Below, one piece after another: positions 27,628 to 34,399 of a stretch of DNA of 34,399 nt. Below the pieces are notes generated by a model, which did not search any database, was not told the DNA's origin, and worked only from the letters and a program-made list of their open reading frames with translations. The stretch is from Pseudonocardiaceae bacterium (GTDB lineage Bacteria; Actinomycetota; Actinomycetes; Mycobacteriales; Pseudonocardiaceae): assembly GCA_036502345.1 (NCBI GenBank), contig DASXYT010000400.1, positions 1 to 34,399 on the forward strand, in the 5' to 3' direction. The position numbers were made by a program, and so were the translations under genes. Every line of letters begins with the position of its first letter. Position 1 is the stretch's first letter.

Positions 27628-27763
27628 CAGCACTGCATGCGAGTCGGCAGCCCCTGGGCGCGGACGGGGTCACTTTCCGGGCTGGGCATCCTACGCGCCT
27701 AGCCACTTCGCATGTAGCCCGCTCATCCGGTGGGTCGGTTGACGACGTCCACCGGAGGTACCG

Positions 27764-27910
27764 ATGAGCCGCATGACGGCAGTTGGTTCGTCAGACGACG
27801 AGCAGACCGATGGCCATTTGTCGATGGGGCATCGCCGTCGGCGACCCCGTCCCGCCGTCGCTTTGGAGATACTGCTTTATGCGCTTGGGCGCCACAAGGG
27901 TTGGCTGTAG
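27764..27910 (+). CDS. Small ORF (48 aa, basic)
   Basis: The ATG at 27764 is preceded by CCGGAGGTACCG, an SD with 5-nt spacing (MSRMTAVGSSDDEQTDGHLSMGHRRRRPRPAVALEILLYALGRHKGWL). It is not in the ORF track because it is shorter than 60 aa. Confidence 0.3.
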   Translation: MSRMTAVGSSDDEQTDGHLSMGHRRRRPRPAVALEILLYALGRHKGWL

Positions 27911-27962
27911 CTCACTACCCGTACTGGGCCGTTGAACTAGCACCGGCCAATCGGGACAGGAG

Positions 27963-28532
27963 CTACTTTCCGGCGGTCGGGCTCGGCAAGGACGCCTTGA
28001 AGGACGCCGTCCACTGTGTCACCGGGCTGGTACAGGATTTGCCGTCGCCGGTCGCACACGTCTGGCTGTTCCACACCAGGAAGCTCAGCACCAACACTCC
28101 CACCAGGACCAACCCGTGGATTCGCCGCGTTATCGCGAGCGCGGGGAGGCCTGCCCGTGCCGCCCCTTGTAGTCGGTCCGCCACAGTCATGACGGCTGTC
28201 CCGTACGCGTAGACGACTTCGTGCGGGGCCCGACCGAAGCCGCGCGTCACCCGGCTGATCCCGAGGTCTGGCAGCAGCAGGAATACCCGAAGCAATTCCA
28301 TGAGCTCGACCACCGGCCGCACCAGGATGGTAGCCAGCCACGGGATGACGCGCCTCGTGATCAGCCGGAGCAAGGCGTAGCAGCCGATGCCGGCCAGAAC
28401 GAGCTCGAAGAATGTGCGCAGCCAGAACGTGATCCCGATTTGCGCCGCGATGCCGTCAACCAAGGTTACGAGATAACCCAGCAGCGGTGTGCCGCTGAGC
28501 GGGTTGAGCACCTCGCTGAGGTGGTGGACCAT
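27963..28532 (-). CDS. Small integral membrane protein (189 aa, about 4 TM). It is the last gene of the TIR/STAND/SPFH operon.
   Basis: Hydrophobic helices are present (LLGYLVTLVDGIAAQIGITFWL; LVLAGIGCYALLRLI; GLVLVGVLVLSFLVW). Its ATG overlaps the upstream SPFH gene stop as TAATG. Confidence 0.7.
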   Translation of the reverse strand: MVHHLSEVLNPLSGTPLLGYLVTLVDGIAAQIGITFWLRTFFELVLAGIGCYALLRLITRRVIPWLATILVRPVVELMELLRVFLLLPDLGISRVTRGFGRAPHEVVYAYGTAVMTVADRLQGAARAGLPALAITRRIHGLVLVGVLVLSFLVWNSQTCATGDGKSCTSPVTQWTASFKASLPSPTAGK

Positions 28533-29527
28533 TACTCGTCCTCCTCGTCGCCCTGGTCCATCGGTCCCAGGTCGATAGGCCCTGACACCGCAGGCTGCTG
28601 GTCCGCCTTGCCGATACCGAGCGCGCTGACGCCACGCAACTTGTCGATCACGATGCTGCTGGCGTTCGCCATGATGGCCGCTACGTCCTTCCGGTTCACC
28701 AGGTTCGCGTCCAGCAATTGGTTCAACACGGTGTTGGCGCCCTCGAACTCCAGCCGTTTCTGCTGCATGATCAGGTTGATCACATCATTGACGTCCTCGG
28801 TGTGCCCGGCCAGTCGCAACGCCAGCACATTGAGGTCGTCGGTCCGCAGCGCGTCGGCATAGAATCGCATCCGCTGCTCCTTCAACTGCAACTCGTGCTG
28901 CTCCTGGGCCGTCTCCAGTTCCCGCTTGTGCTTTGCCCGGAGCAGTTCCAAATCGTGGTCGTACCTTTCGCGTTCCTGCAGGCGCCCGGCCAGCGTGCGG
29001 TTGGCGATGTGTTCCCTTGTGGCATCGTCGAGTACCAGCACCACGGTGCAACGACTGACGACAACCGCTTTGGACACTTCGATCGCGCGATCGCCATAGT
29101 GCAGGTTGATCCTCCGTTCCGCGTCGGCACTGTGTTCTACCTCGTAGCCGCGGGTCACCTCGCGGAGCCGCTCCTCAAGGTAGCTACCGATGAACGGCAG
29201 CGGATTCGTGAGCCTGCCTGCGACGGCGGCCACCGGGTCGGCCACGCGCCAAGTGACCCGTACCTGCGCGGTGAAGGTGAACGCCTCCTCCATCGACGGC
29301 AGTTGGAGTTCGATGCTCTCCTGGTGCGGGGCGACATCGACCTGGTACACCTCCTTCGGAGTGCGCAACCAGAGCTCACCGTGGGTCAGCCGGCTGCTGC
29401 CGACTTCGTACCGGCCCTGTTTGGTCAGGTACACGACAGCGGTGTGACCGGATGAGACCGGGTTGAGCTTGCGCAGCGTGTTCCGGTCAGCAGCGAGTTG
29501 CTCGATGATCGCGTTGGGCTCGGCCAC
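28532..29527 (-). CDS. Soluble SPFH/band-7-like domain protein with a long C-terminal coiled coil (flotillin-like), about 331 aa
   Basis: The region TAVVYLTKQGRYEVGSSRLTHGELWLRTPKEVYQVDVAPHQESIELQ...TAQVRVTWRVADPVAAV resembles the SPFH core. It is followed by heptad-rich stretches (LELLRAKHKRELETAQEQHELQLKEQRMRF) and an acidic tail. The GTG start at 29527 lies 2 nt after the NTPase stop, with AAGGGG upstream. Confidence 0.65.
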   Translation of the reverse strand: MAEPNAIIEQLAADRNTLRKLNPVSSGHTAVVYLTKQGRYEVGSSRLTHGELWLRTPKEVYQVDVAPHQESIELQLPSMEEAFTFTAQVRVTWRVADPVAAVAGRLTNPLPFIGSYLEERLREVTRGYEVEHSADAERRINLHYGDRAIEVSKAVVVSRCTVVLVLDDATREHIANRTLAGRLQERERYDHDLELLRAKHKRELETAQEQHELQLKEQRMRFYADALRTDDLNVLALRLAGHTEDVNDVINLIMQQKRLEFEGANTVLNQLLDANLVNRKDVAAIMANASSIVIDKLRGVSALGIGKADQQPAVSGPIDLGPMDQGDEEDE

Positions 29528-29528
29528 G

Positions 29529-31736
29529 TCAGGCCCCTTTCTCGTCGAAGAAGGACAGCAGGGCCCGTGCGGCGTCGGCAGGACCGCCGCGCTCACTCGC
29601 CCAATACTGGAGGTAGTAGCGGATGCTGGGTAGTTCCTCGGACTTCTCGCCGATGTCGAGCAACAGTTGGGCCAGCGGTTCCCGCAATGTGGTGTCCCGC
29701 TGTGCGATCTTCACCCAACGGCGGATCTCTAGATACCCCCGACGCATGAATTCCGCAGCCTGGAGCATCCTCGCGAACAGCGTCAGAATATCGTCCCTGT
29801 TGGCCGACACGCGGTCGGCCATCCATATGAAGATGGGCCATTTCTCGGTGCTCTTGTCGACGTTGACGACGACGTAACAGGACACGATGAGCACCGACAA
29901 GAGTGCCGTCTCCCGGCGTTTGGGATGTTCGTCCTCGTCCGTCCAGCGCACCAGTGCCTGCAACACCTGGCTGGCGTCGTCCACTCGGCAGAACAGCTCG
30001 CTGATGCTCTCACCAATGGTGTATGCCATGGTCCAGTCGGCCTTGCGGGCCGCGTAGCGCAGCTGCTGCAGCGCCGCGCCGGGACTCATGGCCGTTGTGC
30101 TGCCGAGGGCTTGCGCTGCCGTCACGCGCCGGTTCCACAGCTCGCCCTGCGTGGCCGGGTGCCGTATCCATGTTCGGAGCAGTCGATAAACCACACGCGC
30201 GAAAGCCGGGTGCTGCCCGGGAATTTGAAGCGCGGCCACTGCTGCCTTGCGTTCGTCCTCGTCCCCGGACTGGGCCCACACCTCGATGACCGAGGACACG
30301 CTCGTGAAGTCGTAGAGGCTCAGCAGCCCAACCGCCATGCCTGCCCGAATCCGGACGCCCGCACCGCGTGTCCCGCCCAGGTCGTGCAGCCATTTCAGGA
30401 CGATGTCCAGTGCCTGGTCGTACTCGGCGACGAGGTGCTCCAGGACCCGCAGGGGCAGCCGCGCGTCCCGGAATCGTGCGCGTTTCACAGGTACCGTCCC
30501 GAACGGCGTTTCCTCGGTGCCGTCGACCAGTTCTGCCCGGGCGTCGGCCAGTCGTCCGTGCAGCGGTCGTTCGAACACCGGTCGGGCCCTGTCCATGCGA
30601 CGGGGGACCTCCACCACCTTGATCCGCTCGGCCAGCATTTCCGCGGCTGCGGCCACGAGTTGCACAGGTTCGTTGTTGAAGACCGACAGCGCGATCACGA
30701 AGGCCCGCTGCTCGATCTCCTGCTGCTGATCGAACCACTCGATGAAGCTGCTCTGGCTCGTCCGCGAATACCGCTCTTTGACCACCTCCACGTCGATCCG
30801 CTCTCGCGCGACCTCCACGAGGAGGGCGGCCAACTCGGCGAGCTCGCGGCGCGGCACGTCATCGGTCAGCTGGTCGACGATCTCGCGGACCTCGTCGCGG
30901 TCCAGGACAGCCGCACCATCGGCGGCGCGCGCCGATCCCTGCAGGCTCCATGTCACGTGCCTGCGCAGCAGCACTGCCGGTTCGATGGCGCCGATGTCGT
31001 CCACCACGAGGTGGCCCACCTCGCTGAGCCGCAACGATGTCGTCGCGTCGATGACCACGACGAGCCGACAACCCTTGTCCGCCATGAGCTGGGCGAGCTG
31101 TTCGGTGTGGTACGACTGAAGCTCCAGCGCCTGCTCCGGCTCCAGCGACTCCATCAGATAGCCATGGTTCGCCGCCAGGTCCTGCTCGCGTAGCGCCTTG
31201 AGCCGGGCGTCCGGATCGAGTTTGCGGACACCCTCCGTGCACGTGTCGTCCAGCAGGCGCAGCGCGGTCGTCGTGCGGCCGGTGCCCGCCCGGGCCCGCA
31301 GCAGGACGAGATGGTCCCTGGCCAGTCGTCGCCTGACGTCGTAATAGTTGCCAGGTTCGACGTAGCAGTCACGGATACCATCCAGGACCGGCCTGGGCAC
31401 CAGGCCACTGCGGACCACGAAGCCAAGGTGACCCGACGTTCCCGGCGTTAGATAACGGTCCCCGAGCGAACCGACGACAGTGTCACCGAAGAACACGTTC
31501 GCTGTACCCCCGCCCACCAGCGCGCGTAGGGCGGCGTCCATTTCAGTGCTGAAGCTCCGCCACTTTCGTGCGTTCTCCGGATCGGATGCCTTGTCCTGTG
31601 CGCTGTCGGCGTCCTTCTTCTCGTCCTTCTCGTCCGTGTGGACCTTGTCGGACTGGCTCTTGTCGGCCTGCTGTGACGGCTCCTCGGCCACGTGCTCTTC
31701 TGCTGCCTTGGTCTCCTCCTGTGCCTCATTGGCCAT
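29529..31736 (-). CDS. STAND-like P-loop NTPase (735 aa). It has a disordered acidic/Lys-rich N-terminus, an NB-ARC-like core with the Walker A variant GTGRTT, and a C-terminal helical-repeat (sensor-like) region.
   Basis: HLVLLRARAGTGRTTTALRLL fits the STAND strand-1 plus GxGGxGKTTLA motif, but with Arg in place of Lys. CRLVVVIDATT, about 75 aa downstream, fits Walker B. The C-terminal 400 aa are predicted all-helical. The ATG at 31736 overlaps the TIR gene 3' end by 11 nt (ATGGCCAATGA) and is preceded by GGCGGGGG. Confidence 0.75.
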   Translation of the reverse strand: MANEAQEETKAAEEHVAEEPSQQADKSQSDKVHTDEKDEKKDADSAQDKASDPENARKWRSFSTEMDAALRALVGGGTANVFFGDTVVGSLGDRYLTPGTSGHLGFVVRSGLVPRPVLDGIRDCYVEPGNYYDVRRRLARDHLVLLRARAGTGRTTTALRLLDDTCTEGVRKLDPDARLKALREQDLAANHGYLMESLEPEQALELQSYHTEQLAQLMADKGCRLVVVIDATTSLRLSEVGHLVVDDIGAIEPAVLLRRHVTWSLQGSARAADGAAVLDRDEVREIVDQLTDDVPRRELAELAALLVEVARERIDVEVVKERYSRTSQSSFIEWFDQQQEIEQRAFVIALSVFNNEPVQLVAAAAEMLAERIKVVEVPRRMDRARPVFERPLHGRLADARAELVDGTEETPFGTVPVKRARFRDARLPLRVLEHLVAEYDQALDIVLKWLHDLGGTRGAGVRIRAGMAVGLLSLYDFTSVSSVIEVWAQSGDEDERKAAVAALQIPGQHPAFARVVYRLLRTWIRHPATQGELWNRRVTAAQALGSTTAMSPGAALQQLRYAARKADWTMAYTIGESISELFCRVDDASQVLQALVRWTDEDEHPKRRETALLSVLIVSCYVVVNVDKSTEKWPIFIWMADRVSANRDDILTLFARMLQAAEFMRRGYLEIRRWVKIAQRDTTLREPLAQLLLDIGEKSEELPSIRYYLQYWASERGGPADAARALLSFFDEKGA

Positions 31737-32811
31737 CGCTACCCCCGCCGAAGTAGTAGTTGTTGTTGTCGCCGATCCTGCCCATCATCACGTCGCCGTA
31801 GAAATAGTTCCTTCTGCCACCCGCGTCCTGCTGTGTCTGGCTGTCGGACCGTTTCGGATATCCGGGCACGCGGACCCAGCCAACCTGTGAGTCTGACAAC
31901 TCGACGGCCTGGTAGTCGGCGGGATTGGACCTGGGGTTCGCGGTGTGGATGACATCCTGATACCAGCGTTGAGACAGCACGAACAATATTCGGGCGCGTG
32001 GCGTGGTTTCCAGAATGTCGCGCAGAACAGGAGCGTCGGCCATCGTGGTGGCATCGATCGTGGTTTCGCTGTCCCATTCGCCACCGGTGACCACTTCGCC
32101 TCCGTGCACCGAGATTCGCAATGCCTGGGCCAGCGTGCGCCGCTGGACAACTTCTTCCTCGATCGCCGGCAGGAGGAACGTGAGCACATCGGATTTGGAC
32201 GCGATGTGTGAGGGAAGCAGGGCGACCACCCGGTGGTCGGATCGCGCGACCAGTGCGGGCGGCAGGTTCATCCGGCAGGCACTGAGAGCGGCGATCAAGA
32301 TTGCGGTCAGAGCCACGTCCGGCTCAGCCGAGGCGAGCACGATGACGGACATGGTGCTCGTCAGCGGATCGGGAGCCGAGTCGGTGTCGAGCTTGGCATT
32401 GATCATCAGGACCAACTCGGCGGGCGACGTCCGGCGTGCGTCGATGTAACCGATGCTATCGAGTAGTCCGGGAATTCTGGTGTCGTCGAATCGGACCGGC
32501 AGGATGTACGCAGTTCGGCTGCGCAGTGCTCGCTCCTGCGCACTCTTCCGCTCATGATTGGTCCAAATTTTCCGAGCGTAGTCTGCCGATGCGAAAAGCA
32601 CGCAGTATCGTGAGTCGTGGCCATAGACCTCGCTCAGGTGCGTATACAGATCGCGGCCCAATAGGTCAGCGGTCTCGTACTCGTCGTAGAACACTGCTAC
32701 ACCGGCGCTCTTCAACAACCGCGCGACGTCGGCGACATAGTGCCGCTGCTCTGCGGCGAACGACAGACACACGTCGTACGTCTCGGCCGCAGGGCCGACC
32801 TTCTCAACCAC
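31726..32811 (-). CDS. TIR-domain protein (about 361 aa). It has an N-terminal TIR with the catalytic Glu preserved, a C-terminal domain of unknown fold, and a Gly/Tyr/Asn-rich tail.
   Basis: TYDVCLSFAAEQRHYVADVARLLKSAGVAVFYDEYETADLLGRDLYTHLSEVYGHDSRYCVLFASADYARKIWTNHERK matches the bacterial TIR pattern (YDVFLS...; (S/A)xxY(A)xSxWCxxE with the Glu at W+4). The GTG start at 32811 is preceded by GAGGGGGA with 6-nt spacing. An alternative ATG lies at 32865. The tail reads RRNYFYGDVMMGRIGDNNNYYFGGGSDGQ. Confidence 0.8.
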   Translation of the reverse strand: MVEKVGPAAETYDVCLSFAAEQRHYVADVARLLKSAGVAVFYDEYETADLLGRDLYTHLSEVYGHDSRYCVLFASADYARKIWTNHERKSAQERALRSRTAYILPVRFDDTRIPGLLDSIGYIDARRTSPAELVLMINAKLDTDSAPDPLTSTMSVIVLASAEPDVALTAILIAALSACRMNLPPALVARSDHRVVALLPSHIASKSDVLTFLLPAIEEEVVQRRTLAQALRISVHGGEVVTGGEWDSETTIDATTMADAPVLRDILETTPRARILFVLSQRWYQDVIHTANPRSNPADYQAVELSDSQVGWVRVPGYPKRSDSQTQQDAGGRRNYFYGDVMMGRIGDNNNYYFGGGSDGQ

Positions 32812-33021
32812 CCGAATCCCCCTCGGGAATGAACCACTGTCCGCAACATGTGCAGCAGACGCCATACGACTCGCCGTTGCATCCCGTATTGCGGAACTGT
32901 CCAGATGTTGTCCAGTAGGGCAGCGGTCGACCGTCCGCCGTGGATGCGCCAACAGGCTCGCCACGGTCAGCTGTATCCCAGAGGAGCGTGCTTGTGACGG
33001 AGGGTAGTCGCTACCCTTAGA

Positions 33022-33045
33022 CTTGATTGATTCCAGAAAAGAGTG
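33022..33045 (+). promoter_or_regulatory. furA promoter/operator (CTTGATTGATTCCAGAAAAGAGTG), AT-rich FurA-box-like
   Basis: It closely resembles the M. tuberculosis pfurA region as I recall it (CTTGACTAATTCCAGAAAAGGGAG). A TTGATT -35-like hexamer and a CAGACT -10-like hexamer end about 8 nt before the furA GTG, which suggests a leaderless or very short-leader transcript. Confidence 0.45.
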
Positions 33046-33058
33046 CAGACTTCGGCAC

Positions 33059-34399
<1,341 letters not shown>

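Noticed and set aside
27730-28212. 160-aa plus-strand ORF (GTG start) overlapping the end of the TM protein gene
   Set aside because: It overlaps a convincing hydrophobic minus-strand ORF and has odd composition. The 48-aa +1-frame ORF with a strong SD at 27764 is the more plausible coding element in this region.
29925-31193. 422-aa plus-strand ORF inside the STAND NTPase gene
   Set aside because: It is an antisense artefact that is R/G/H/P-rich. The minus frame has Walker A/B motifs and a helical-repeat domain.

Overview
This is high-GC (about 70%) actinobacterial chromosomal DNA, and its gene content points to a Corynebacteriales- or Pseudonocardiales-like organism. The left two-thirds (1 to about 20.9 kb) is a compact arabinogalactan / cell-envelope biosynthesis supercluster whose products match the M. 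tuberculosis Rv3778c-Rv3809c region, but in a different gene order. It runs: partial GT-C membrane glycosyltransferase, HAD hydrolase, LLM oxidoreductase, glf, PAP2 phosphatase (Rv3807c-like), ubiA/DPPR synthase (Rv3806c-like), an inserted P450/TetR pair, dprE2, dprE1, a GtrA-family protein (Rv3789-like), glfT2, a diverged C-terminal-only GlfT2 paralog, a small conserved protein, TetR, glfT1, the RfbE/RfbD-type ABC exporter, bpa with its C-terminal GQYL motif, a class-V aminotransferase (Rv3778c-like), a quinone oxidoreductase and a GNAT. A tRNA-Ser(TGA) at 21434-21518 marks a transition into roughly 11.5 kb of lower-GC accessory DNA. That DNA starts with a 1.2 kb islet flanked by perfect 56-bp direct repeats of the tRNA 3' half and carrying only vapBC. 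It continues with two large hypothetical proteins, an apparently orphan AbiEi-like gene and small SD-preceded ORFs. It ends with a tightly coupled four-gene minus-strand operon (TIR-domain protein, STAND-like P-loop NTPase with a K-to-R Walker A, soluble SPFH/band-7 coiled-coil protein, small multi-TM protein) that I could not assign to any defence system I know. The window closes with the conserved furA-katG pair, katG being partial. All coordinates were derived by hand from the six-frame track and the sequence. Homology calls rest on remembered family features and on M. tuberculosis orthologue sequences, not on database searches.
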